Positions 1 to 10,256 are shown, counted from the first letter of the stretch. The stretch is 64,000 nucleotides of DNA from Candidatus Nanopelagicales bacterium (GCA_049431945.1 JBMTDJ010000004.1:807-64806); one strand, 5' to 3'. The notes: generated by a model not told the origin, from the sequence alone. Numbers and translations are program-made.

Positions 1-1
1 C

Positions 2-2722
2 GGCATTGCGCGTCAGGTCAACGCGATCGAGGACGACTTCCTCGCCATGACCGATGAGGAACTGCGCGGCCTGACGGCGGAGTACCGCTCCCGCTTGGAA
101 GCCGGTGAGAGCCTTGACGAGATCCTCCCCGAGGCCTTCGCGACTGTGCGCGAGGCCGCGCGCCGCACCTTGGGGCAGCGTCACTACGACGTCCAGATCA
201 TGGGCGGCGCGGCCCTCCACCTCGGAAATATCGCCGAGATGCGCACAGGTGAGGGCAAGACGCTCGTGGCCACCCTCCCGTCGTATCTCAACGCGCTCAC
301 TGGAAAGGGCGTGCACGTCGTCACTGTCAACGACTACCTCGCGGAGCGCGATGCCGAGTGGATGGGGCGCATCCATCGGTTCCTCGGACTCAGTGTCGGA
401 GTGATCCTCGCCCACATGTCGCCTGCCGAACGACGCGAGGCTTACGCCGCCGACATCACCTACGGCACGAATAACGAGTTCGGGTTCGACTACCTCCGCG
501 ACAACATGGCCTGGTCCACGACAGAGATGGTGCAGCGCGGTCACAACTTCGCCGTGGTCGACGAGGTTGACTCCATCCTCGTCGACGAGGCACGCACCCC
601 CCTCATCATCAGTGGCCCCGCGGATCAGCCGACCAAGTGGTACGCCGAGTTCGCGCGGATTGCCCGGATCCTGCAGAAGGACGAGGACTACGAGGTCGAT
701 GAGAAGAAGAAGACCATCGGCGTCCTGGAATCGGCCATCGACAAAGTCGAGGACCAGTTGGGCATCGACAACCTCTACGACACCGTCAATACCCCGCTGG
801 TGGGATTCCTCAACAACGCGGTGCGCGCGAAGGAGCTCTTCAAGCGCGATCGCGACTACGTCATCCTCGACGGCGAGATCCTCATCGTCGATGAGCACAC
901 GGGGCGCCTCCTCAAGGGCCGTCGCTACAACGAGGGACTCCACCAGGCGATCGAAGCCAAGGAGGGCGTGGAGATCAAGGCCGAGAACCAGACCTTGGCC
1001 ACGATCACGCTGCAGAACTACTTCCGGCTCTACGACAAACTCTCAGGGATGACCGGCACGGCCATGACCGAGGCCAACGAGTTCCATCAGATCTACAAGC
1101 TCGGTGTCGTGCCTATCCCCACGAACCGTCCGATGGTGCGAGATGACGAGCCCGACCTCGTCTACCGCACCGAGGCGGCCAAGTACGTCGCCGTGGTCGA
1201 CGACATCGAGGAGCGCTACCAGGCGGGTCAGCCGGTGCTCATCGGCACGACGAGCGTGGAGAAGAGCGAGTTGATCTCCTCCGAACTCAAGAAGCGCGGT
1301 GTGCGGCACGAGGTACTCAACGCCAAAAATCACGAGCGCGAGGCTTCCATCATCGCCGAGGCGGGACGCAAGGGAGCCGTGACCGTAGCCACCAACATGG
1401 CCGGTCGCGGCACCGACATCATGCTCGGTGGCAACTCCGAGTTTCGCGCGGCGCAGGAACTCGAACGCCGTGGCCTGGACCCCGTCGAGGACCCGGAGGG
1501 CTACGAGAAGGCGTGGCCGGAGGCACTGGCTGCCGCCCAGGAGTCCGTGGCCGCGGAGCACGAGGCGGTCATCGCGCTGGGTGGCCTCTACGTGCTGGGC
1601 ACGGAGCGGCATGAGTCCCGCCGCATCGACAACCAGTTGCGCGGCCGCTCGGGTCGCCAGGGCGATCCGGGCGAGACTCGCTTCTACCTCTCGCTCGAAG
1701 ACGACCTCATGCGCCTGTTCAAGGCCGAGATGGTCGATGCCTTCCTGCGTCGTTTCAACGTGCCTGACGATGTGCCGATCGAGGCCAAGATGGTGACGAA
1801 CGCCATCCGCTCGGCACAGACCTCCGTCGAGGCGCAGAACTTCGAGATCCGCAAGGACGTCCTCAAGTACGACGACGTCCTCAACCGGCAGCGCTTGGTC
1901 ATCTATGACGAGCGCAGGCAGGTGCTCGAAGGCGCCGATATCCACGAGCAGGTGCGATCCTTCATGGACGACGTGGTCACCGGCTACGTCACCTCAGCGA
2001 CAGCGGAGGGGTACCCCGAAGACTGGGACCTGGACCAGCTGTGGACGGCGCTCGGCCAGTTGTACCCCGTGGGCATCACGGTCGCCGAACTCGAGGAGCA
2101 ATCGGGATCGGGGCGATCGGGTCTGACCGCCGAGTTCCTCACGGAGGAACTGACCAACGACATCCACCTGGCCTACGACCGTCGTGAGAGCGAACTCGGC
2201 GAGGAGGTCACCCGCGAACTCGAGCGACGGGTCATCCTGTCGGTCCTCGACCGCAAATGGCGTGAGCATCTCTACGAGATGGACTACCTGCGTGACGGCA
2301 TCGGCCTGCGCGCCATGGCGCAGCGCGACCCCCTCGTGGAATACCAGCGCGAGGGGTACGAGCTCTTCACGGCCATGATGGACGCGATCAAGGAGGAGAC
2401 CGTTGGCTACCTCTTCCATGTCGAGGTCCAGGCGCCTCCGGCCGTGAGCGACGAGGCGGAGGAGGCCGCTGCGGCCGTCACGGCGGCGCCCACCTCCGCG
2501 GCCGTTCAGGCCATTGCTGCCGCCGCCAAGTCCGCGCCGGCGGTCACGGCCAAGGGCTTGGGGCCTGCGCGCCCGCAGGTGCTCGAGTACTCCGCACCCT
2601 CTGCGGACGGCGGTGTGATGCACGAGACCTTGCAGGCGGACGGCGAGGAGGTCGAACTCGACCCCCATGCCAGCCGCGCCGAGCGTCGCCGTGCCGAGCG
2701 AGCCAAGCGCAAGCGCAAGTAG
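2..2722 (+). CDS. secA: Preprotein translocase ATPase SecA (5' end cut by window edge)
   Basis: Track ORF 47..2722 stays open in the same frame back to nt 2 ([24 protein letters not shown]). Motifs: [14 protein letters not shown] (Walker A), [44 protein letters not shown]. Confidence 0.97.
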   Translation, partial: GIARQVNAIEDDFLAMTDEELRGLTAEYRSRLEAGESLDEILPEAFATVREAARRTLGQRHYDVQIMGGAALHLGNIAEMRTGEGKTLVATLPSYLNALTGKGVHVVTVNDYLAERDAEWMGRIHRFLGLSVGVILAHMSPAERREAYAADITYGTNNEFGFDYLRDNMAWSTTEMVQRGHNFAVVDEVDSILVDEARTPLIISGPADQPTKWYAEFARIARILQKDEDYEVDEKKKTIGVLESAIDKVEDQLGIDNLYDTVNTPLVGFLNNAVRAKELFKRDRDYVILDGEILIVDEHTGRLLKGRRYNEGLHQAIEAKEGVEIKAENQTLATITLQNYFRLYDKLSGMTGTAMTEANEFHQIYKLGVVPIPTNRPMVRDDEPDLVYRTEAAKYVAVVDDIEERYQAGQPVLIGTTSVEKSELISSELKKRGVRHEVLNAKNHEREASIIAEAGRKGAVTVATNMAGRGTDIMLGGNSEFRAAQELERRGLDPVEDPEGYEKAWPEALAAAQESVAAEHEAVIALGGLYVLGTERHESRRIDNQLRGRSGRQGDPGETRFYLSLEDDLMRLFKAEMVDAFLRRFNVPDDVPIEAKMVTNAIRSAQTSVEAQNFEIRKDVLKYDDVLNRQRLVIYDERRQVLEGADIHEQVRSFMDDVVTGYVTSATAEGYPEDWDLDQLWTALGQLYPVGITVAELEEQSGSGRSGLTAEFLTEELTNDIHLAYDRRESELGEEVTRELERRVILSVLDRKWREHLYEMDYLRDGIGLRAMAQRDPLVEYQREGYELFTAMMDAIKEETVGYLFHVEVQAPPAVSDEAEEAAAAVTAAPTSAAVQAIAAAAKSAPAVTAKGLGPARPQVLEYSAPSADGGVMHETLQADGEEVELDPHASRAERRRAERAKRKRK

Positions 2723-2731
2723 TCCCGTCTC

Positions 2732-3130
2732 CTACGGCGCGGGGCTCGGGGGGCGTCCTAGGAGCCACCACGCCAGTGCTGCGGCAATCGCCGAGGTGGC
2801 GCCTCCGAGCAAGCCCCACCATGTGGAGGCGAGGAGTATGGCCAGGCCCGTGCCGATCACGACGTAAGCGATCGCGACGACTCGCGTGGAGCGGTGGCGC
2901 TGGGCGAGCGATACGGGACGCGTCAGGGCCAGGACGACGATGAAGCCCAGGGTTGCGATGGCCGCAATCGGGCCGAAGAAGAAGACGCCTGTCTGAAGCG
3001 TCGCAATGCCGTTGACCTCGTCCTCCGTAGAGGCACCGCGCGCGAAGACGGCCAGGACGAGGCCGACCAGGACAGCTGCCACCGCGAAGGAGGCTAGCCG
3101 CAGCAGCGCGACACCGGCCTGGGAGTTCAT
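2732..3130 (-). CDS. Small integral membrane protein (132 aa), function unknown
   Basis: Only the 3' third of track ORF 2732..3928 is used. ATG at 3130 (MNSQAGVALLRLASF...) forms an ATGA overlap with the stop of the upstream gene. Several hydrophobic helices are separated by short charged loops. Confidence 0.6.
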   Translation of the reverse strand: MNSQAGVALLRLASFAVAAVLVGLVLAVFARGASTEDEVNGIATLQTGVFFFGPIAAIATLGFIVVLALTRPVSLAQRHRSTRVVAIAYVVIGTGLAILLASTWWGLLGGATSAIAAALAWWLLGRPPSPAP

Positions 3131-4023
3131 GGTGTGGCCACGAGGTTGAGGGATCGCCGCAACTGCTCGATGAGGCGATCTCGCAGGAGGGCGCCCTGCT
3201 GACTGAAGTCGCGCTGGTACTCCACGTATTCCGCTCGACCTTCCGCTGTCTCGATGGGGATTGGCGCGTAGCCGAGCGAGGTGAAGTCGTACGGGGAGGC
3301 CCTCATGTCGACCGCTCGGACCCGGCGCGCCAGGTCGAAGCAGTCTGCGGTGAGATCGGCGCCCACGGCCGGATACGACCGGAAGCACCACTTGTAGAGG
3401 TCCATCGTGGCGTGGAGGCATCCGGGTTGCTCGAGGTCGATCTGCGTCGCACGGGTGGGCTGCACGGTATTGAGGGGTCGGGCCGGGTCGGTGTAGAAGC
3501 GGAAGGCATCGACATGCGTGCACCGCAGCGGCGACGACTCGACGACCGCTTCGACGGCTTGCTGGTCCACTCGCAGCGGCCACGACGAATGCCGCATCTC
3601 CTCGGGAGCCTGCCGGTAGACCATCGCCCACTCGTGACGCCCGAAGCAGTGGTACGCCGCGTGCCGAGCCGCAGTGGCTTCGAGGAGTCCCAGCGCGCCG
3701 CGCATGACGTCCACCGTCATCGTCGCGTGGTCGACTCGTGCGCCGGCCCCGTCGACCGCGTAGCCACGCACGCCTTCGAAGTCGCGGACGTCGCCGTCCA
3801 GGATGACGCCAGCTCCCGGGTGCCAGCGCGCGAGTTGTGCGGGTCGCCAGGAGTAGTAGTCGAAGAGGAAGTCGTCGACCGGATGCCGCTCGCCCTGCTC
3901 GCGTCGCGCCAGCCGGGGGGTGACCCACGGCTCGACACGCGCTGCGTGCTCAGCGACGCGCTGACGCCACTCGCGCTCGCTGAGCACGATGTCGCGCGTG
4001 TCGGGCTGGGTCAGGGACATCAT
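3127..4023 (-). CDS. Conserved actinobacterial protein of unknown function (a family I recall being auto-annotated as 3-methyladenine DNA glycosylase-like)
   Basis: Track ORF 3127..4158, trimmed to MMSLTQPDTRDIVLSEREW. Conserved-looking blocks: HPVDDFLFDYYSWRPAQLARWHPG, HCFGRHEWAMVYR, LHATMDLYKWCF. The functional label is from memory only. Confidence 0.7.
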   Translation of the reverse strand: MMSLTQPDTRDIVLSEREWRQRVAEHAARVEPWVTPRLARREQGERHPVDDFLFDYYSWRPAQLARWHPGAGVILDGDVRDFEGVRGYAVDGAGARVDHATMTVDVMRGALGLLEATAARHAAYHCFGRHEWAMVYRQAPEEMRHSSWPLRVDQQAVEAVVESSPLRCTHVDAFRFYTDPARPLNTVQPTRATQIDLEQPGCLHATMDLYKWCFRSYPAVGADLTADCFDLARRVRAVDMRASPYDFTSLGYAPIPIETAEGRAEYVEYQRDFSQQGALLRDRLIEQLRRSLNLVATP

Positions 4024-4034
4024 GATCGCGCGCC

Positions 4035-5168
4035 CTACGTGACCGCGACGAGTCCCATATCGGCGCAGCCGCGCTCGAGCACCTCGAGGCCGAAGGCATC
4101 CACAGGACCATGGGCGCCAGGTGGGATGTCGCGCGTTGCGGCCACCGCAGCGCCCCACGCGAGCAGTTCTGCCGTGAGGTCGTACGGCGACGGTCCTTCC
4201 ACGCGTACGTGGGCCAGCGGCCTGCCGACGGCGTCGAACGCCTCGGCCTGCACGACCGTGCGCGCCCGGGCTCTGCTCGCCGCGTCCGGGCCCTCACCCG
4301 TCGTGCGTCCCAGACGCCGGCGCAAGGCGCGCATGGCTCGGTCCCCAGCCCCGGGCACCGCTGCAACGGCACCGAGTGCTCCGCCGGCCATGGACGCGGC
4401 GGGTGTCCAGCGCCCCGCCCAGCCCAACCACACCTCGATATCGGAGATATCAGGATCAGTGAGGGGGAGGGCGAGATGCTCGGAGCCCGCGACGGGCAGT
4501 CCCTTCCAGACGCGGCCACGGCCCAGGTCGAATGATCGTGTGCGCCCGCCGGACGACCGCCGCTCCACGATGGTGCCGCCGCGTCGGGCGTAACTCGGCG
4601 CGAGCAGCACTCCGGCTGCGCTCGCGCGGGTGCCCGAACTGATTCCGAACGCACCGTCGATGAAGTAGCCGATGTCGAGGCGTGCAGCCGGGTGACCGGC
4701 TCGACGGCAACGCCGAAGTGCCAGAGCTCCAGCGAGATTGCCGGGCACGTAGTCGTAGCCGAATGCCGTGACCAGTCGCGCGCCCGTGTCGACTGCACGC
4801 GGACCGAAGTCGTCGAAGACGCGCCGGATGAAGGGAGGTTCACCGGTTGAGTCGAGGTACGCGGCACCGGCGTCGATGGCAGCCTCCACCGCGGTGTCCC
4901 CCCACTCCACGAACGGGCCGACGGTGGTCACGAGCACATCGGATGGGGACTCCAAGAGGCGGCGCACCGAGGCCGGATCGCCGGCGTCGGCGACGGCGAT
5001 GGTGGGCTCCGCGGCGGACGTGGGAGCGAGGGGTGCCAGGCGATCGGCGAGGCGGGCGACCGCGTCGTGCCGGCGACCGGCAAGGACCGGCGCCAGGCCG
5101 GCCCGCACCATCGCCTCCGCGGTGAGGCGCCCTGTGAAGCCGGTGGCGCCGAGCAGGACGATGCGCAT
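4035..5168 (-). CDS. Saccharopine dehydrogenase NADP-binding domain protein / enoyl-reductase-like oxidoreductase
   Basis: Track ORF 4035..5474, trimmed to MRIVLLGATGFTGRLTAEAMVRAG (Rossmann GxxGxxG at the N-terminus). The upstream extension is Arg/Pro-rich and non-coding-like. Confidence 0.8.
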   Translation of the reverse strand: MRIVLLGATGFTGRLTAEAMVRAGLAPVLAGRRHDAVARLADRLAPLAPTSAAEPTIAVADAGDPASVRRLLESPSDVLVTTVGPFVEWGDTAVEAAIDAGAAYLDSTGEPPFIRRVFDDFGPRAVDTGARLVTAFGYDYVPGNLAGALALRRCRRAGHPAARLDIGYFIDGAFGISSGTRASAAGVLLAPSYARRGGTIVERRSSGGRTRSFDLGRGRVWKGLPVAGSEHLALPLTDPDISDIEVWLGWAGRWTPAASMAGGALGAVAAVPGAGDRAMRALRRRLGRTTGEGPDAASRARARTVVQAEAFDAVGRPLAHVRVEGPSPYDLTAELLAWGAAVAATRDIPPGAHGPVDAFGLEVLERGCADMGLVAVT

Positions 5169-5191
5169 GGGAGTCACGCTAGCCTGCGCGC

Positions 5192-6595
5192 GTGGAGCAC
5201 GTGAACCCCGATCGCGTCGGCGCCGCCGATGGCGAGCAGACCAGGCTGTGGCATCCGTTCGCCGACATGGCGGCGGTTGCCGATTCTGGCGAGTTGGTGA
5301 TTGAGAGCGGCGCCGGAGCCTACGTCGTCGATGAGAGTGGTCGTCGATATCTCGATGCTTCCGCCGGGCTCTGGTACTGCAACGTCGGTCATGGTCGTCG
5401 GGAACTCGCGGACGCGGCGCAACAGCAGATGGCCAGGCTCGCTTCGTACTCGGCTTTCGGCGACCTTGCGACACGTCCCGCCATCGAATTGGCCAGCCGA
5501 CTTGCGGGCGTAGCCCCGATGGATGATGCGCGGGTATTCCTCACCAGCGGTGGGAGTGACGGGGTCGATACGGCGGTCAAGTTGGCCCGACGCTACTGGG
5601 CCGAGCTCGGACACGGTGACCGCACCGCAATCGTCACGCGCGAGCACGCGTACCACGGAATGCACCTCGCGGGGACGAGCCTTGCGGGTATCGACGCCAA
5701 CCGAGCCGGGCATGGTGACCTCGATCCTGCCGTCCTGCGCGTGCCGTGGGATGACGCCGAGGCCTTGGAGTCGCTGCTGTCGAGCAGGTCCGATGTCGGG
5801 GCCTTCTTCTGTGAGCCCATCATTGGCGCCGGCGGGGTCTACGCGCCTCCTCCTGCCTACCTGGAGCGCGTGCGTGAGATCTGCCGTGCCCACGAGGTCC
5901 TCTTCGTCGCTGACGAGGTGATCTGCGGCTACGGTCGCACCGGCCGGATGTTCGCCAGCGATCGCTGGTCCTTGGACCCCGACATCCTGCTCTCGGCCAA
6001 GGGGATCACCTCGGGATACGTGCCGCTGGGTGCGGTCATCGTGTCAGGGCGCGTGGCGTCCCCCTTCTGGTCGGGGGATCGCGGTCCTGTCGTGTGGAGG
6101 CATGGCTATACGTACTCGGCTCACGCGACGGCGTGCGCTGTGGCTCTGGTCAACCTCGACATCATCGAGCGGGAGCGGCTGATCGAGCATGTCGACCGCA
6201 TGCAACATCGCCTCGGCTCGGCCCTGGCACCCCTCAGCGCATTCGATGTCGTCGAGGAGGTGAGGGCCGGGGTCGGACTCCTCGCCGCGGTCGACTACAC
6301 GCCCGAGGCCAAGCAGTCCGGAGTGCCGGGGCTGGTCCTCTCTGGCCTGCGCGACCGAGGTGTGCTCACGAGAAACCTCGCGTCCGGAGCCCTGCAGATC
6401 TCACCGGCGTTCGTCGTCGACGACGCGGACATCACGCTCTTGGTGAGCGCGATTGCCGAAGCCATTGCCGCAGCCGGCGGTCAGCGCGCCCGCCCCGAGG
6501 CGAGCGATCTCCTACCGGACATCACCACCGACGAGGGGATCGACGCGTTCGACGATCGGCACTACCTCGATCAGCGGCCGCCGCACCACGGGTGA
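5192..6595 (+). CDS. Class-III (omega) aminotransferase, PLP-dependent
   Basis: 467-aa ORF. WHPFADM, YLDASAGLWYCNVGHGR, FFCEPIIGAGGV, LFVADEVICGYGRTG and a SAKGITSGYVPLG lysine block are typical of aspartate-aminotransferase-family class III enzymes. Confidence 0.9.
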   Translation: MEHVNPDRVGAADGEQTRLWHPFADMAAVADSGELVIESGAGAYVVDESGRRYLDASAGLWYCNVGHGRRELADAAQQQMARLASYSAFGDLATRPAIELASRLAGVAPMDDARVFLTSGGSDGVDTAVKLARRYWAELGHGDRTAIVTREHAYHGMHLAGTSLAGIDANRAGHGDLDPAVLRVPWDDAEALESLLSSRSDVGAFFCEPIIGAGGVYAPPPAYLERVREICRAHEVLFVADEVICGYGRTGRMFASDRWSLDPDILLSAKGITSGYVPLGAVIVSGRVASPFWSGDRGPVVWRHGYTYSAHATACAVALVNLDIIERERLIEHVDRMQHRLGSALAPLSAFDVVEEVRAGVGLLAAVDYTPEAKQSGVPGLVLSGLRDRGVLTRNLASGALQISPAFVVDDADITLLVSAIAEAIAAAGGQRARPEASDLLPDITTDEGIDAFDDRHYLDQRPPHHG

Positions 6596-6603
6596 TCGCG
6601 ACG

Positions 6604-7017
6604 TCAGTCGCCTTGCGTCGGCCTGCCATTGGCCTGCTCGCGAAGTAGGTCGCGAATCTCCTCGAGGAGCTTGACGTCAGCAGTGCGCGTATCGACGTCT
6701 CCCTGACCGGACAACTTCCGGTACTTGTTCATCGGTGCGACGAAGAAGAGGTAGAGCGCAGCGAGGGTGACGAAGAACGTGATCACGGCCCCGATGAGCA
6801 GTGCGACGTTGATCTCGTGGCCCGCCGAGAGCGTGATCGTGCCGCCGATGCTGCCGTCGGACCCGCCAAGGATGCTGAGGATCCAGCCGACAATGGGCTC
6901 GATGAGTGCCTGGGTCACGGCCGCAACGAGTGCGGCGAGGGCGGTGCCCACGGCGACCGCAACAGCGAGGTCGATGACATTGCCGCGGAACACGAACTCC
7001 TTGAAGCCCTTGATCAT
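6604..7017 (-). CDS. mscL: Large-conductance mechanosensitive channel MscL
   Basis: MIKGFKEFVFRGNVIDLAVAVAVGTAL... is the canonical MscL N-terminus. 137 aa with two TM helices. Confidence 0.95.
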   Translation of the reverse strand: MIKGFKEFVFRGNVIDLAVAVAVGTALAALVAAVTQALIEPIVGWILSILGGSDGSIGGTITLSAGHEINVALLIGAVITFFVTLAALYLFFVAPMNKYRKLSGQGDVDTRTADVKLLEEIRDLLREQANGRPTQGD

Positions 7018-7052
7018 GACGGTATTCCTCCGATCTCGTCGTCACGGACGGG

Positions 7053-7658
7053 TCAGCGCATCACGACTCCCAATCCAGGTTGCGCGCCCGCGGCCGCGAG
7101 TGTGACCGCCGTGCGTCGGTCGGCCGCGACGACGATGAGACTACCGGCGCGGCGCTGAGTACCGCCAAGACCGGTCGCACTCGCCGGTCGGGGCACGGTG
7201 ACGACTTGGACTGCCGCTGCGATAACTCGCCCGGACTGCTCTCCTTCGATGGCGACCAGGTCGATGGTCGTTCCTGGCGCCAGGAGATCGGCGGCCTCGG
7301 GGTCGGCGAGGCGGACCGGCACGACGTGCAGTCCGTCGGATCGCTCGCCGGTCGCGACGAGTCTGCCCGGAGTGATCGCCTCGCCCGCATCGACTCGCGA
7401 CGCGATGGTCCGCCCGACGGCCTCGGCCGGATCGACGAGTGCGCCAGGCGTGACGAAGTCGACAGGAATGCTGCGGAGGTCAAGGTCGTCGTTCGTGAGC
7501 GTCGCTCCCGCGGGAAGGTCGATGGCGGCGATGACGATATCGACGCGCTCAGGCTCACCCGGGCGTGCGGCAGTGACGATCACCAGCGCCGCCAGGCCCG
7601 CGCAGGCGGCCGCAAGAGGTCGACGGAATCGGTGGATGAACAGCCGTGCAGCGGTCAT
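7053..7658 (-). CDS. SAF-domain / CpaB(RcpC)-like protein with N-terminal membrane anchor
   Basis: 201 aa. An N-terminal hydrophobic anchor (LAAACAGLAALVIVTAA) is followed by a SAF-like beta domain (IDLPAGATLTNDDL...GEAITPGRL). It lies 72 nt downstream of ruc on the same strand. Confidence 0.7.
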   Translation of the reverse strand: MTAARLFIHRFRRPLAAACAGLAALVIVTAARPGEPERVDIVIAAIDLPAGATLTNDDLDLRSIPVDFVTPGALVDPAEAVGRTIASRVDAGEAITPGRLVATGERSDGLHVVPVRLADPEAADLLAPGTTIDLVAIEGEQSGRVIAAAVQVVTVPRPASATGLGGTQRRAGSLIVVAADRRTAVTLAAAGAQPGLGVVMR

Positions 7659-7730
7659 GCCGCGACGTTAGGCCCGAAAGGTCGGAAGATGCGGTGGGCT
7701 ATCCACAGGGAGCAGCGCCGTCCACAGGGG

Positions 7731-8054
7731 CTACGACGCGGATGTGGCTCCGGACGACCCCGAGGGAGAACTGCTCGTGGCGGACTCGCTCTTCGTCGAG
7801 CTGGCCGTGGTGGACTTGGTCGTATCCGACGTCGATGACGCTGTCGACGTGCCAGATGCGGCTGTGTCGGACGACGACGATCGCGAGTCGGTCCGATAGA
7901 AGCCCGATCCCTTGAAGACGACGCCTACGTTGCCGAAAAGCTTGCGCAGGCGCCCGCCGCACTCGGGGCAGGTCGTGAGGGCGTCATCGCTGAATGACTG
8001 CACGGCCTCGAGTTCGTGGCCGCAATCGTTGCAGGCGTACTGATAGGTGGGCAC
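7731..8054 (-). CDS. ruc: FmdB-family zinc-ribbon protein with disordered Ser/Thr-rich tail (Ruc/Rv0991c-like redox chaperone)
   Basis: GTG start. PTYQYACNDCGHELEAVQSF...CPECGG carries the CxxC...CxxC zinc ribbon. The C-terminal ~50 aa are almost only S/T/A/D. SD GAGGAGGA lies upstream and a CIRCE element 22 nt upstream. Confidence 0.85.
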   Translation of the reverse strand: MPTYQYACNDCGHELEAVQSFSDDALTTCPECGGRLRKLFGNVGVVFKGSGFYRTDSRSSSSDTAASGTSTASSTSDTTKSTTASSTKSESATSSSPSGSSGATSAS

Positions 8055-8076
8055 GGATCCTCCTCGCCTGGGGATG

Positions 8077-8103
8077 TTAGCACTCGGGTACCGGGAGTGC
8101 TAA
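8077..8103. promoter_or_regulatory. CIRCE element (HrcA operator), TTAGCACTC-N9-GAGTGCTAA
   Basis: The sequence ttagcactc gggtaccgg gagtgctaa is read directly. Both 9-nt arms match the CIRCE consensus perfectly. It sits in the divergent region between ruc (-) and the ABC ATPase gene (+). Confidence 0.9.
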
Positions 8104-8160
8104 TCGCGACGTGGGGACGACGCGGGGCTGGGCTCGGCAGCCGCGGGTAGTGTCGCCGTC

Positions 8161-9063
8161 GTGTCCATCCTCGTCGAGCACCTCGGCAAGACCTTCGGCA
8201 GTGTGCGCGCTGTCGATGACCTGTCTTTCACCGTCCCCGATGGAGTCGTCACCGGATTCCTCGGGCCCAACGGAGCGGGCAAGTCCACCACCATGCGCCT
8301 CATGCTCGGTCTCGACCGGGGCGATGGTCGCACTCTCTTTGACGGCAAGCTCCTGCGCGATCACGGGCACCCCAGTCGCGTCGTGGGCACGCACCTCGAC
8401 GCGCGACCCTTCCTTCCCGGGCGCACGGCGCGCGATCACCTTCGCATGCTGGCAACCGAGGCCAAGTTGCCAGCGGCCCGCATCGATGACGTGCTCGCCA
8501 TGGTGGGCCTCACCGATGTCGCCGACGATCGACCCAAGACGTTCTCGCTCGGAATGGCGCAGCGGCTCGGCCTTGCGGGGGCTGTCCTCGCCGAGCCTCA
8601 CGCACTCATGCTGGACGAGCCGGCGAACGGCCTTGATCCGCAATCGATTCAGTGGCTGAGGGAGTTCCTTCGTCATTACGCTGCCGAAGGCCGGGCTGTG
8701 CTCGTGTCGAGTCATCTGCTCAGCGAGATGCAGTTGATGGCTGACCACGTGGTGGTCATCGCGAAAGGGCGGCTGGTCGCGGACGGCACCGTGGACGACC
8801 TCGTGTCCCAGCGCAGCGACGTCTTCGTGCGGTGCACGGACCCTGGGCGACTTGCCGGCCTGCTCCGCGCGGCAGGGGGCTCGGTCACGGAGGAGGGCGA
8901 TGCTCTCAGTGTCGTCGATCTGACCACCGACCAGGTGGGCCACCTCGCCTTCGATGCCGAGGTGACGATCCTCGAACTCGCCACGCGCAAGGCGAGTCTG
9001 GAAGAGACCTTCATGCAGCTCACGGGTGACGATCAGCAGTACGCATTCGGGGAGGCATCGTGA
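8161..9063 (+). CDS. ABC transporter ATP-binding protein (ABC-2 exporter type)
   Basis: GFLGPNGAGKSTT (Walker A), FSLGMAQRLGLA (signature-like), LMLDEPANGLD (Walker B). Confidence 0.93.
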   Translation: MSILVEHLGKTFGSVRAVDDLSFTVPDGVVTGFLGPNGAGKSTTMRLMLGLDRGDGRTLFDGKLLRDHGHPSRVVGTHLDARPFLPGRTARDHLRMLATEAKLPAARIDDVLAMVGLTDVADDRPKTFSLGMAQRLGLAGAVLAEPHALMLDEPANGLDPQSIQWLREFLRHYAAEGRAVLVSSHLLSEMQLMADHVVVIAKGRLVADGTVDDLVSQRSDVFVRCTDPGRLAGLLRAAGGSVTEEGDALSVVDLTTDQVGHLAFDAEVTILELATRKASLEETFMQLTGDDQQYAFGEAS

Positions 9064-9809
9064 CCGGCGAACTCCGCTACGAATGGGTGCGCATCAGCAC
9101 CGTGCGTTCTACCTGGGCGCTCGTCGGCTTTGCCATGCTCGTCCCCGCAGGGCTCGCGCTCTTCGTGTCCTGGCTCGTGGGCAATCTCGGGCCCGACGGC
9201 GGTGGACCGCCCGACGGTGAGGCGGGAGGCCTGGCCGGATTCCTTCCCCTCACGGCCGCGATTCTGTGCGCCATCGGGGCGGCCGCCTTCGGTCAGGAGT
9301 ACCGACACGGGCTCATCCGCATCACCCTGGCGATCTTCCCTCGACGCACGCCGGTCTTCGTCGCCAAGACGCTCATGGTCGCTGCGGTCGTCGTCGTCGC
9401 CGCGATCCTCGCGATCGCCACGATCGTGCTCGCGCAGGCACTCGGAGGAGTGATCTCCGGCACCGGGGTCGTCTGGGACGAGACCGCCTGGGGAGCCTCG
9501 GGGGTGCGGGCCGTGATGTACGTCGTCCTGTTCGTGCTCATCGCCTTGGCCCTGACGGCTCTCACACGCAATCAGCCGCTCGGCGTCATCGGCCCGATCG
9601 TGCTGGCCGTCCTCATCGAGCCGATCATCGGCACCATCGCCTTCGTGCAGGGCTGGACCTGGATCGACTGGGTGCTGCCCTTCTCGGGGGGCGCCGCTGC
9701 TGTGTCAACCGATGGCGCGGAGGCGTGGGGGCACCTGGCGATCTTCGGGGGATGGTTCCTGCTCCTGGCGATTCCCGCGTGGCTGCTCTTCGTGCGCCGC
9801 GACGCCTGA
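9060..9809 (+). CDS. ABC-2 family transporter permease
   Basis: GTGA overlap with the upstream ATPase gene. 249 aa with about 6 hydrophobic helices. Confidence 0.8.
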   Translation: MTGELRYEWVRISTVRSTWALVGFAMLVPAGLALFVSWLVGNLGPDGGGPPDGEAGGLAGFLPLTAAILCAIGAAAFGQEYRHGLIRITLAIFPRRTPVFVAKTLMVAAVVVVAAILAIATIVLAQALGGVISGTGVVWDETAWGASGVRAVMYVVLFVLIALALTALTRNQPLGVIGPIVLAVLIEPIIGTIAFVQGWTWIDWVLPFSGGAAAVSTDGAEAWGHLAIFGGWFLLLAIPAWLLFVRRDA

Positions 9810-9812
9810 CCC

Positions 9813-10256
9813 GTGAACGTGCCGCGAAGCTTCCTTGCCGTTGCCCTCGGCGGCGCGCTCGGATCGCTCGCGCGCTATGCCGCGGGCGGCGCGGCCGAAG
9901 CAATGGGCGCCGAGTCGTGGTGGGCGACATTTGTCGTCAATGTCGTGGGTTGCCTGCTCATGGGCTTGCTTGTCGCCGCCGTGCTTGACCGCCCGGAGCG
10001 CTCGCGCTCGCTGGTGTGGCGACCGTTCCTCGCGGTCGGTGTCCTCGGCGGCTTCACCACCTTCTCGGCATTCGCCGGTGACGCCGTCCAGCTTGTTGAG
10101 AGCGGAGCCGCGATCGCGAGTGCGGCCTACATCGTCGGCACGCTCGTCATCACCCTTGCCGCGCTACGCCTCGGGCTCGCGCTCGGACGCGACCGACGGG
10201 GGCGGCCCGGCCGACCCGCCGGGCCGACCCCGGATCGCGAAGGCAGGACACCGTGA
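9813..10256 (+). CDS. crcB: Fluoride channel CrcB/FluC, subunit 1
   Basis: LGGALGSLARY...NVVGCLLMG...GGFTTFSAF are typical CrcB motifs. It starts 3 nt after the permease stop. The C-terminal ~25 aa are an Arg/Pro/Gly-rich tail. Confidence 0.88.
   Translation: MNVPRSFLAVALGGALGSLARYAAGGAAEAMGAESWWATFVVNVVGCLLMGLLVAAVLDRPERSRSLVWRPFLAVGVLGGFTTFSAFAGDAVQLVESGAAIASAAYIVGTLVITLAALRLGLALGRDRRGRPGRPAGPTPDREGRTP

Noticed and set aside
1043-1945. 300-aa ORF antisense to secA
   Set aside because: It lies entirely inside a strongly conserved SecA coding region. Its sequence is Arg/Leu/Gly/Val-rich with no recognisable motif. This is a typical stop-poor antisense frame in high-GC DNA.
2732-3928. 398-aa ORF as a single gene
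   Set aside because: Upstream of 3130 it is an alternative frame of the better-supported 3127..4023 gene and is Arg/Pro/Gly-rich. Only the last 132 codons look like a real membrane protein.
8104-8160. Looked for a fluoride (crcB-motif) riboswitch upstream of the ABC-2/crcB operon
   Set aside because: Reading the 57 nt, I could not find the conserved pseudoknot or loop elements. I cannot run Infernal, so this is a weak negative.
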